Source: a plasmid
Length of the DNA: 64,000 nucleotides
Reading direction: 5' to 3' (one strand)
Sequence record: CP113993.1
Below the pieces are notes generated by a model. It made no database searches. It was not told the origin of the DNA and was given only the letters and a program-made list of their open reading frames with translations. Numbering within the stretch: position 1 is the first letter of the stretch; each line of letters opens with the position of its first letter. Position numbers and translations under genes: made by a program. Positions 52,899 to 62,665 of the stretch are shown in pieces.

Positions 52899-53185
52899 GG
52901 CTCCTCCGGAAGGTAACAAATTGCTATACATAGACTATAGAGCCATTGGTAACAAATTGCTATACAAAAAATCAGATTTACATCCGTACAAAACTAATTT
53001 TTATCGAAAGCGCGGAAGATGACTATTACCACACTATCAAGCCGTGAACTGAATCAGGATATTACCCGAGCCAAAAACAGGGCATTGAGATACTCAGCCT
53101 GTTCGGAAGTGGGGTAAATGCGTATTTTGGTCGCTCTTAACATAGTCAGCGCTCATTGCTATAGACTTTTTATGTTAACGCCGGA

Positions 53186-53464
53186 ATGATTTTTTTTAAA
53201 GCCCTTCAGGCTTTTCCGCCTTTCCTCCCCGGCCACATTGGGCGAGGGTTCTCGGCAGGTCTTGCTGAGTTTTCCGGCAGAACGCTACCCGTTGATACTG
53301 CTGTAGCCCTACGTTGTGCCAGATTACACGTATCAGATAAACGCGGTGAGCGTGACGCTTTTATCGCAGCTACGGCACTTGTACACGGTATGACAGTCGT
53401 TACCAGGAACATAGCTGATTTCGAGACAACAGGAGTGGCGATTGTTAATCCGTGGATTTACTGA
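53186..53464 (+). pseudogene. C-terminal fragment of a PIN-domain (VapC-like) toxin.
   Basis: ...DAFIAATALVHGMTVVTRNIADFETTGVAIVNPW is a VapC C-terminal signature. No intact N-terminus or vapB was found. Confidence 0.4.
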
Positions 53465-53685
53465 TCTCCTGCCGCTATCATTATTCAGCGCCCTCACTAT
53501 GTGATCACTATAGGCTTGAACTACATTATCCAGCCGGCGTTCTTCTACCTGTACTTTTTCACACTGGAAATCTTCCAGATTCACCGTCTCCCCGAATGAT
53601 CTTCCGACCTCTTTCACCTTAAAAAATTATCCGCCGGACATCCATGCCCGCCCCCTGGTATTCGATTTTCATAACGGCATCTGCA

Positions 53686-54021
53686 TCAGTGTAACTGCGG
53701 GTGTTTTGCCCGCTCAGCGCAACATTCAGGGCACTCACAGGGTTCCTCCATTTCTTTGCGTACGTTCTCCAGCCAGGCAATAAACTCAGGCGGCACATCC
53801 CTCATCCGCAAAATTTCACTGGTGGCAAGCAGGGATGAATCCGTCAGTCCTGCCGGGCCATCCAGATACAGCGAAAGGAATCGGTTAATATCCCGTTCCG
53901 TCCGGCTAACCAGCGCGGCGATAACCAGCGGCACACCATTTTCCACGCAAACGTCGTGAAGTTGTCTGATTAGCGACTCAATTTTGTCAACGGCTTCCGG
54001 CAATGTGTTGATATCCTTCAT
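53686..54021 (-). CDS. Hypothetical protein of 111 aa with a Cys-rich C-terminus (CECPECC).
   Basis: ORF only. Confidence 0.3.
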   Translation of the reverse strand: MKDINTLPEAVDKIESLIRQLHDVCVENGVPLVIAALVSRTERDINRFLSLYLDGPAGLTDSSLLATSEILRMRDVPPEFIAWLENVRKEMEEPCECPECCAERAKHPQLH

Positions 54022-55059
54022 AACTGTAACTCCTGTAATTCGATTTTCATGCAGATTTAGCTTCCTGGTAATTCCCCCGATAAAATGCCAGTACGCGCTG
54101 CATCACCTCGCTGTTCCTGCACTCCTGGCCAATATTATTTTTGCGTCGGTCACAGGCACACATTCCGTCACCCAATATTTCCTGACGGGATTTAGCCTGC
54201 CTGATCAGTTCTTTCTGTTTTGCCTGTTTTGCCTGTTTTGTCCGCTTGTTATTCCAGGCAGGGAAAGCCTGATCTGACGTAAAAACACCGAGCCCTGGGG
54301 CCAGATACATATCACCACAGCTCAGCAAGCCTGACAGGCAACGACGGTGTGTTCCATTATATTCCTGTCACTCTCTGCAGTTGTCCTGTCGTCATGCGCC
54401 CGTTTTTATGTACTCACTCAGTTATACACTGTTGTACTTTCTTCCGATGCTCCGGTGTGTAAGGCACTGCCATTAAATACTTCATCAAAAAATACCCCAC
54501 AACCTTTGTATCATCCTGTCGCTGTAAGTTGTTTCCAACAAACGCAATATTCATGGCTATGTCCCGAAATGTGTTCAGATAGCGCAGGCTTCGGGTTTGG
54601 CTCATCCTGCTCTGTAATGCAATGCACCGGGTACGGTTTCCATCAAATCCCCCTGTTAAATTTTTTGATATTGTTTCACGTTTTTCCGCCTGCTTTCCCA
54701 GCCCAAAATCACCCAGCGACTGCCGTTTATCCGAAAGCGATCAGTTCCCCCCTCAACGGCCAGTTTTTTCAGTCTGTCGGAATTCAGGTTGGTCAGTATC
54801 CACAGCCTTCATCGACGCGGTTTGCCTGTCAACAATCTGGTTCAGGAAGATGAACTCGTTTTTCGTATCGCGCTGCATACCAACCTCGTCGAGCCCCAGC
54901 AGGTCAACATCGCAAAGTCCGGCAGGAATGTTCCCTCGAATTTGCCCACGTCATGGCAGGCACGCTACCGCACGCCTCCGTACAGCCGTATGGTTACCCT
55001 GCGTACACCGGAGGTTTTTGTGGGTTATACGGGTTTTAACGGGGCGGAGAAGGGGCGGG

Positions 55060-55365
55060 TTAACGTTTCCGGGACTGAGAGGCGATTTTCCGGGCGGTGT
55101 GGAGTACCCGCAGGATACGTACATGCTCTTTTTCGGCTACATAGACGATGATGAACGGGAAGTGAGGCACCACAAGCTTACGCTGATTCTCCAGCCTCCC
55201 GGCCTTTACCCCAGCCAGCGGGTTTTCCTCCAGGATACCCGTCATGCCCGCCAGACGGTCGTCTGCGGCTATGGCAACCTCATCCCCGGCTTCCCGGTTC
55301 AGGTACAGGAAGATGTCTTCCCTGTCCCTCTGTGCGCGCTTTTCCCATTCAACCCTGACCGTCAC
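55060..55365 (-). CDS. ParE/RelE-family toxin, 101 aa.
   Basis: MTVRVEWEKRAQRDREDIFLYLNREAGDEVAIAADDRLAGMTGILEENPLAGVKAGR...VPHFPFIIVYVAEKEHVRILRVLH is a ParE-like pattern. Confidence 0.7.
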   Translation of the reverse strand: MTVRVEWEKRAQRDREDIFLYLNREAGDEVAIAADDRLAGMTGILEENPLAGVKAGRLENQRKLVVPHFPFIIVYVAEKEHVRILRVLHTARKIASQSRKR

Positions 55366-55685
55366 AGCCTGCCCCGCATGGCCTGTTGTTTCAGCGTGTT
55401 CATCCTGTTTTCCATTTCATCGTGGCCGATATACTCGCCTTCACCGGCATCATAGCGGCTGAATGCCTGAGCTATCTGCTCTTCCAGCCAGTCTTCATGT
55501 ACGCTGCTCTGATAGCGGCGTTCTTCTTCTGCCAGCTCTTCGGCACGCTGGCGCATCAGCTCTGTCAGGCTCACCTGCTGACGCTCTGCTGCCTGCATGG
55601 CCAGTCGTTTGGTTTCTTCAGCTATCCGGAAGTGGATCGTACTGCTCATCATTCCCTCCACATGTGGTGTCGTTTGTGTTGTCAT
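55362..55685 (-). CDS. ParD-like RHH antitoxin.
   Basis: ...MSSTIHFRIAEETKRLAMQAAERQQVSLTELMRQRAEELAEEE.... It overlaps the toxin start by 4 nt. Confidence 0.65.
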   Translation of the reverse strand: MTTQTTPHVEGMMSSTIHFRIAEETKRLAMQAAERQQVSLTELMRQRAEELAEEERRYQSSVHEDWLEEQIAQAFSRYDAGEGEYIGHDEMENRMNTLKQQAMRGRL

Positions 55686-56530
55686 TATGAACGGTATATC
55701 CCGTTATGTCATCCAGGGTTTCCCGTTCTGCCGGATGTGTGCTGGCGTGAACCGCCTGAAGCGCCCGGACCGACACCTGCGTATAGATCTGCGTGGACTC
55801 CACGCTGGCATGACCCCGCATCGCCTGTATCCACCGCAGATCTGCACCATTCTCCAGCATCTGTGTCGCCATCGCGTGCCGGAACAGGTGGCAGCTCCCG
55901 TGCCCAACCAGGCCGGAGGCTTTCATATAGTGGCTGACGATGTTGGTGATGCCGTTCGGCCCCACACCCCCTCCACGACGTCCAGCGCCACGAACAGCGC
56001 CTTACAGTGCGGATTAACCAGCAACTGCGGTCTTAGCTGATGCAGATAATGCTGTACCCACCACAGCGCACGCTCACCCACCGGCACCACCCGGTCCTGT
56101 TTCCCCTTTCCCTGTACGATAGTCAGGATACGACGGTTCGCATCCACGCTGAACACGTCAAGACCCGCCGCCTCACTCCTGCGTACGCCCGTTGACCACA
56201 GCAGCTCCATCAGCACCCGGTCACGAATACCCGCAGGCGTGGTCAGGTCCGGCAGTGCCAGTACCTGCTCCACTTCATCCACGCTAAGGATATACCGTGG
56301 CAGGCACTTCTCCAGCCTCGGCAGCTCAAGGTCTGCCGCCGGGTTGGCCAGTATCAGGTTCTGTCGGGTCATCCAGTGGAGCCAGACCTGAAGCGGCTGT
56401 AAGGCCGTACGCTGGGTCCGGGTGGTCAGCGGGGCACCATTACGTTTACGGTACTGGTACAGATGCCGCTGGTGATGCCTCTATACCGGAATCTATTGCA
56501 GTCCCCATGTGAACATCCGGTGAAGTCATC
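55618..56530 (-). pseudogene. Tyrosine recombinase (phage-integrase family, Xer/ResD-like) with a frameshift near 55940.
   Basis: N-terminal fragment ...LVNPHCKALFVA... and core ...RDRVLMELLWSTGVRRSEAAGLDV.... After the frameshift it reads ...GHGSCHLFRHAMATQMLENGADLRWIQAMRGHASVESTQIYTQV (an R..H..R...Y catalytic tail). Confidence 0.6.
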
Positions 56531-56594
56531 TTCACAGGAGTTTTCAGTCAGTTAGCATTACCGACATCCATTCACCGACTTACCGGAGGAACCG

Positions 56595-57078
56595 ATGTCA
56601 AAACACCGATGGTCCATTGAACAGAAAAGGCAGCACGTTGCCGCCTGGCGCACCAGCGGCCTTACACGCCAGCAATACTGTGAACTCAACGATATCCCCT
56701 TCAAATCACTTCGCGAATGGCCGAAGGATGTCGCAAAAGCTGAACGTCGGGCTAATGACCCCACCATTCTTCCCGTTCAGATTGCGCCAACACTGCAGGC
56801 TGATACTCCACCGCCCGTCACAAACGAGCCGGTTACACTCTTCATCCCCGGCGGGATACGGATGTGCTGTCATCCTTCACAACTGACTGATGTCTTCAGG
56901 GCGCTCAAATATGCTGACGCCTGATAATGTTTTCCTCACTGTTAAACCTGTCGATATGCGGCGCGGCATCGATACGCTGACACAGTATAGACAGGATGAA
57001 CTCAGGTCGACGTGGCATGAGGGCGCCGCCTTCGTCTTTGTCAACAATCTATGGTCACCCCCATTTTTGCAATACTGA
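56595..57078 (+). mobile_element. IS66-family element 5' portion (tnpA 56595-56924 and the tnpB N-terminus 56890-57078), truncated by the downstream IS110-family insertion.
   Basis: TnpA-like ...QKRQHVAAWRTSGLTRQQYCELNDIPFKSLREW. TnpB-like MLTPDNVFLTVKPVDMRRGIDTL.... Confidence 0.55.
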
Positions 57079-57089
57079 TTTTTGATTAA

Positions 57090-58436
57090 TGGTGGGCTTG
57101 CTTCAATCTATCCGGCGTCTGTATGGGCAAGAATGCCCGCGCCACGATGAGTTCCGCGCCTGATGCACCTGAAAAAGCCCTCGGCTTCAGTGAGCCATTT
57201 GTTGTCTAAGGTTTCTCATCAGGCCGATATGCCGTTCATGTCATCAATAATCAGTCTTCGCAAAACCAGATGGGTAACTACTGTTTAACTACTTAATAAT
57301 CAATCTGTTGATTCAGCGCGACATATATCAGGCCTGATATGCATTGTGATTCGTCGTGATTGCCCATGCTATTCGCGCCAGTTTGTTTGCCAGAGCGCAG
57401 GCAACCACATTCGAATGCTTCTTGCTGAGTTGCTCTCTGACCCATTCGGCCAGTCTGCCCTGCTGATGTTCCAGTCGCATCATGAACGAGCGGGCACACT
57501 GAACCAGTAAACGGCGGAGGTTTTTGTCGCCCCGTTTGCTGATACCCAGCAGAGTCGATTTACCTCCTGTACTGTATTGCCGGGGGACAAGCCCTGTGGA
57601 AGCAGCAAAAAGCCCTGTGGAAGCAGCAAAATCCCTGCTGCATGAAAATTGTTTGCCATCACCGAGCTGTGATGAAAGCAGACTGGCCGTAATCGGCCCA
57701 ACACCGGGTATTGTCATGATGCGTTGAGTTGCATCATCAGTTTTGATTGACTGGTTTAATTCTGATTCCAGTTCTGTTATTTGCTCAACAAGGTAAAGAT
57801 AGTGAGCGTGTAATTTCATCAGCAAACGGCTCAGATATTCAGGTATTTCGTGTTCCACGAGCACCAGGGGCAGCCGCTTAATGACAGTATCGCCTACTGG
57901 CAGACTGATACCAAATTCCAGCAAAAAACCGTTGATCTGGTTGGTCGTTTTCACCTTGTCTCTGATAAGTGATTCTCTGGCCCGATGCAGCGCTCGCATC
58001 GCCTGCTGAACTTCGGTTCTGGGCTGGACAAACCACATTGATGGTCGCGATGCGGCTTCGCATATTGCCTCAGCGTCGACAAAATCATTTTTATTACTTT
58101 TGACGAACGGACGCACGAATTGCGAAGAGATAAGTTTTGCTTCATGACCGATATCACTGATACGCCGTGCCATAAAATGCGCACCGGCACAGGCTTCCAT
58201 AACAACAACAGTGGACGGACATGTCGCCAGAAACTGCATTAGATTAGTGCGCGTGAATTTCTTACGCTGAAGCGCCTTTCCGGACTTGTCCTGACAGTGA
58301 AGATGAAAAGAGTGTTTACCGAGAGCGATACCAATAAGCGCAACGTTTTCCATGATGGCCTCTCCTGAAAGAAAAACATCCTGCCAGCATACCGCTCACA
58401 GAGTGGGGGTGACCATCTCATTAAGCCCTGAGGGTA
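57090..58436 (-). mobile_element. IS110-family insertion sequence with an intact 341-aa transposase (57328-58353). It is inserted between the IS66 remnant and a P4-type integrase 3' fragment.
   Basis: The transposase is MENVALIGIALGKHSFHLHCQDKSG... The C-terminal domain contains ...TIPGVGPITASLLSSQLGD... and ...LVPRQYSTGGKSTLLGISKRGDKNLRRLL.... An in-frame 15-nt tandem duplication (DFAASTGLFAASTGL) lies at ~57585-57620. Confidence 0.8.
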
Positions 58437-58712
58437 ATGGGGTATGACATAACCAAGGACGTCTGTAGTCATGGATTCCGGGCTATGGCATGCAGTGCGT
58501 TGATTGAATCAGGTTTGTGGTCCCGCGATGCTGTTGAAAGGCAGATGAGTCATCAGGAGCGTAACGGTGTACGAGCAGCTTATATCCATAAAGCCGAACA
58601 CTTGGAAGAGCGGCGACTGATGCTACAGTGGTGGGCGGATTTTCTGGATGCAAACTCGAAAGAAAGTACCAGCCCCTTTGAGTATGCAAAGATTAACAAT
58701 CCATTAAAATAG
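58437..58712 (+). pseudogene. C-terminal fragment of a P4-type tyrosine integrase.
   Basis: ...HGFRAMACSALIESGLWSRDAVERQMSHQERNGVRAAYIHKAEHLEERRLMLQWWADFLD contains the catalytic H..R...Y region typical of P4/CP4-57 integrases. Confidence 0.6.
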
Positions 58713-59035
58713 TAAGCACTCCGGGCAGATTGTCCGGAGTGCTTTGAATGACGATTTTCTTTGGTAATGATGAAGAAGGTTGATGGTAAGGCAAATTATC
58801 CCCGCCCCTCATTAATACTCATGTAGTCAAGTCATTTATAGCTGGCATCACGGACTTCTGATCTCCCCTAGTTGCAGGTAACGACTTCAGTCCGCTGAAA
58901 GCGAAAAGCGGAAGTTCGGGAGGGTTGTGATCTACTTTTAACCTTTGTAATTTAGAAGTATTCTTTTAAGATTAATCCACTTCCCATCGTCATCCTTTCG
59001 GTGCCCGTGAAAAGCTTTTTTAAGGTTACTGCCTC

Positions 59036-61345
59036 ATGGAGTTATGGATATTTATAATAGCTATTTATTTGATTTATATTCTTTTTTTCAAAAAGAAGAA
59101 ACCTAAGTCCGCGGGCTCTTATACTTCCGCTCCTGTGAAAGCACCACCTAAAGAATGGCTTGCTAACAACAAAAAAAATCAGGCGGTAATGCACAACGAT
59201 GACAGCGAAGATGACAATCTGGCTACGTTTACACTAAGTGGCGGACGGAATGTCGAATACAGCATAACAGCCACTCAACGCCAGAATCTCTCAAAAAATA
59301 CCGGTGCTTTGGCTCGCTGGATTTTACCGGGAGAGGTGATCACAGTCGGTGGGGTAGAGGTTACCGGTGCCCACTTCTATCTTGGACAGCGTATGAAACC
59401 TGCCGGGCATAACTCAGGTGGTTATTATGATGATAGTAGCGAGGCATCGCTAATTGACGACACGCTTAAGATATACCCCACACCTTACATTTACGAAGAT
59501 AGTTCATTAGGGTATTGGCCCAGTTTTTCCTCACTTTCACCTGAAGCACGTGGTGCGTACCTGAGTTGGCTTGCCAGCGACAGATGTGACACTTCTTGCC
59601 CAATTGGTTACGTTTTTATTTATCTGTATGGTCTGGAAAGACGGGCGCTTGTTGACAGCAGGGACAACAATATATCTGACGATGAGTTCTATTCTCTTTT
59701 CAAAGAGATCTGCCGTCTCAGATCGGTTTTCAATGAAAACCGATCTTTCCGGAACTACTCGTCCCAGCTACTTGAAGCGATGTCCATTCTTCGCCCGAAC
59801 GAAAATCTTGCAGCAGCTCTCGTCAATGATTCGGAGTTCAGCAATAGAATGCAATTCAGGCTAATCCTGGCAAAGACAGTTGAGGCAGGAGCCCCGGTGC
59901 CAGCTGATCTGGCTCTGACGTGGGTGACAAACCATACTGAATACTCATTGCGAACCCCTGCCCGCCGTTGCGCGAAAGAATTTGCTGCACTTTTTAAACG
60001 GCGTTACACCCTTAAATACGGTGAAGGGATGGTAGTGAAGCCGAATAAAGCGCGTCTGCGTTTAGATTACACACCTGCAAGTCCCAGTTTGCGAGGTATT
60101 CGGCTTCCTGTTCCCGACTTGCCTGATCCAAGTGCATTGAAAGGCCCTGTTCAGCAGCTTATGACCCTTGCCGATATATGCACAGATGAACTAGATGCTT
60201 ACAGTCGTTACCTTGGTAGAAAAGGCACTTCAGCAAATGATACCGCTGCAATTTTGTTGCTGCCTTCAGAAATCGTTAACGAAAGCGCAGAAAAAATATT
60301 AAGTGCATTCAAACGCTGGGCTGATGACGCGATCCTCAGTAAGGGTGGAGTAGTTTCAGTTGCTGACTACTGGTCACATATGAATGCTACCTGTCCGGCG
60401 AAGATCAATAAAAAAGAGGCCGACTTGATGCAGGCCTTTGCACAGAAAATGGGGTACTGTCTGGCTCCTGACCCCTATTACCACCACGTAAAGGCAGATG
60501 TCGATGGTGTTCTTGTTTTATTCCCTGCAGGAGAAGGTGGACGCTTCTCACCTTCTCCTGAATTTATCACAGCTGTATTGACGCTCCGATTAGGTGCGGT
60601 AGTCGCCTTGATTGACAATTCTCTCGATCAAGCCGAACAGAAAGTGCTCGAGAATGCCATCAACAACAATGCCGGCTTCAGCGATGATGAAAAGCGCTCT
60701 CTACACGCATATTTAACGTGGCAGCTTCATACCCCGGCGAACATGACGGGAATGAAGAGCCGGATTGAATTACTTGATACTGCGGAAAAATCAGCTGTTG
60801 GTAAGGTTATCGTTAGTGTTGCTTGCTCTGATGGCAGAATTACGCCTGCCGAAATCAAACAGCTTGAGAAGATTTATACAAGCCTGGGGCTGGATCCCTC
60901 ATCCGTATCAAGCAATATCCACCAGCATTCCGCAACTGAAACTGCTCTCGTTTCATCTGTACCAGCTAATCAGTCGACGGCAGGGTTTACACTGGATGCC
61001 AACGTACTTGCCCGCCACGAATCTGCCACTGATGATGTTCGTAAATTACTGAACTCGATTTTCACTGAAGAAGAACCAGAACAACCAGAAAGCACTCCAG
61101 CCTCATTAACCGGGGAAGGGGGCCTTGACCCCGCTCATAGCCAACTTTATCGCAGGTTGCTGGAGAAAGAACAATGGTCCAGAAAAGAGGCGACAGAGTT
61201 ATGCAGTAACTGGAACTTGATGCTCGGCGGTGCGCTTGAGGTGATCAATGATTGGTCCTATGCGGTGGTTGATGCACCAGTGCTGGAAGATACTGATGAT
61301 CATATTTGGGTTGACCTGGAAATAGCCAAAGAATTAGAGGGTTAG
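59036..61345 (+). CDS. sngA: TerB-domain protein of 769 aa with an N-terminal TM anchor (SngA-like, Shango-type defence component A).
   Basis: N-terminal TM helix MELWIFIIAIYLIYILFF followed by KKKKPK. An internal TerB-like helical module reads ...AVVALIDNSLDQAEQKVLENAINNNAGFSDDEKRSLHAYLTWQL...VIVSVACSDGRITPAEIKQLEKIYTSLGLD. An acidic C-terminal domain follows. It is the first gene of a 3-gene operon with an ATPase and a helicase. The domain calls come from pattern memory, not an HMM search. Confidence 0.6.
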   Translation: MELWIFIIAIYLIYILFFKKKKPKSAGSYTSAPVKAPPKEWLANNKKNQAVMHNDDSEDDNLATFTLSGGRNVEYSITATQRQNLSKNTGALARWILPGEVITVGGVEVTGAHFYLGQRMKPAGHNSGGYYDDSSEASLIDDTLKIYPTPYIYEDSSLGYWPSFSSLSPEARGAYLSWLASDRCDTSCPIGYVFIYLYGLERRALVDSRDNNISDDEFYSLFKEICRLRSVFNENRSFRNYSSQLLEAMSILRPNENLAAALVNDSEFSNRMQFRLILAKTVEAGAPVPADLALTWVTNHTEYSLRTPARRCAKEFAALFKRRYTLKYGEGMVVKPNKARLRLDYTPASPSLRGIRLPVPDLPDPSALKGPVQQLMTLADICTDELDAYSRYLGRKGTSANDTAAILLLPSEIVNESAEKILSAFKRWADDAILSKGGVVSVADYWSHMNATCPAKINKKEADLMQAFAQKMGYCLAPDPYYHHVKADVDGVLVLFPAGEGGRFSPSPEFITAVLTLRLGAVVALIDNSLDQAEQKVLENAINNNAGFSDDEKRSLHAYLTWQLHTPANMTGMKSRIELLDTAEKSAVGKVIVSVACSDGRITPAEIKQLEKIYTSLGLDPSSVSSNIHQHSATETALVSSVPANQSTAGFTLDANVLARHESATDDVRKLLNSIFTEEEPEQPESTPASLTGEGGLDPAHSQLYRRLLEKEQWSRKEATELCSNWNLMLGGALEVINDWSYAVVDAPVLEDTDDHIWVDLEIAKELEG

Positions 61346-61348
61346 TGA

Positions 61349-62665
61349 ATGTCTGTAACACGTATAAGAGTGAAAGAGCGCGACGCTATTATTCAGTCAC
61401 TTAAGTCAGGAGTAACGCCAAGGATAGGGATTCAGCATATCCAGGTTGGCCGCGTGAATGAGATAACCGCCCTCCATCAGGATATTGAACGGATTGCTGA
61501 TGGAGGGGCGAGCTTCAGACTTATCATTGGTGAGTACGGTTCCGGGAAAACGTTCTTTTTAAGTGTTGTGCGGTCTATTGCGTTAGAGAAGAAGTTGGTT
61601 GCGGTCAGTGCAGACCTTTCTCCCGACAGACGTATTCACTCATCGGGAGGTCATGCTCGTAATCTCTACTCAGAGCTTATGAAAAATATGTCCACCAGAA
61701 ACAAACCAGATGGCAATGCGTTACTTAGCGTTGTGGAAAGGTTCGTTACTGAGGCAAGGAAGGAAGCTGATGCGAACGGCTCCCAAGTCTCATCCGTTAT
61801 TCATAAACGCCTTGCTGCTTTGTCAAATATGGTGGGCGGATATGACTTTGCGAAGGTCATTGACGCATTCTGGCGCGGGCACGAGCAGGATAACGAAACC
61901 TTAAAATCCAATGCCATTCGCTGGTTGCGGGGCGAATACACCACCAAAACTGATGCCCGTAATGATCTCGATGTCCGAACTATTATCTCAGACGCCTCAT
62001 TCTATGATTCTTTGAAGTTGATTAGCCTTTTTGTCCGTCAGGCAGGCTATGCCGGACTTTTAGTTAGCCTCGACGAGATGGTGAACCTCTTTAAGTTGAA
62101 TAATACGCAAGCGAGAACAGCCAACTACGAACAGATCTTGCGGATCCTGAATGACTGCCTGCAAGGCTCCGCCGAAAATATTGGTTTTATCCTCGGGGGG
62201 ACGCCAGAGTTTCTTTTCGATCCACGTAAGGGGCTCTACAGCTATGAGGCGCTCCAGTCGCGTCTGGCAGAAAACCGATTCGCACAGAAAGCAGGCGTGA
62301 TTGACTACTCGTCTCCCACGCTGCATCTTGCCAGCCTCACTCCTGAGGAACTGTATATTTTACTGAAAAATCTTCGTCATGTTTATGCTGGTGGAGATCC
62401 CGCGAATTATCTGGTGCCAGATGATGCTCTGACCGGGTTTCTGCATCACTGCAGCAAAACCATCGGAGATGCTTACTTTCGTACTCCCCGCAATACCATA
62501 AAAGGTTTTCTGGATATGCTAGCTGTGCTGGAGCAAAACAGAATGATGAACTGGCAAGCGCTCATCGAGGGAGTGGCGATTGAAGAAGACAAGCCCAGCG
62601 ATATGGATGACACCACTGTGGAGGAAAGCGATGACGACGACGGCCTGGCGAATTTCAGACTATGA
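61349..62665 (+). CDS. sngB: P-loop ATPase of 438 aa (DUF2791/BrxD-like; SngB-like).
   Basis: Walker A IIGEYGSGKTFFLS and Walker B LLVSLDEM. Its ~430-aa size is typical of BrxD-like ATPases. It starts 4 nt after the upstream stop, and its stop overlaps the next start (ATGA). Confidence 0.65.
   Translation: MSVTRIRVKERDAIIQSLKSGVTPRIGIQHIQVGRVNEITALHQDIERIADGGASFRLIIGEYGSGKTFFLSVVRSIALEKKLVAVSADLSPDRRIHSSGGHARNLYSELMKNMSTRNKPDGNALLSVVERFVTEARKEADANGSQVSSVIHKRLAALSNMVGGYDFAKVIDAFWRGHEQDNETLKSNAIRWLRGEYTTKTDARNDLDVRTIISDASFYDSLKLISLFVRQAGYAGLLVSLDEMVNLFKLNNTQARTANYEQILRILNDCLQGSAENIGFILGGTPEFLFDPRKGLYSYEALQSRLAENRFAQKAGVIDYSSPTLHLASLTPEELYILLKNLRHVYAGGDPANYLVPDDALTGFLHHCSKTIGDAYFRTPRNTIKGFLDMLAVLEQNRMMNWQALIEGVAIEEDKPSDMDDTTVEESDDDDGLANFRL

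Noticed and set aside
59571-59864. 97-aa ORF inside sngA-like gene in another frame, and 60765-61052
   Set aside because: They are nested inside a long, well-supported ORF, with no start signals.
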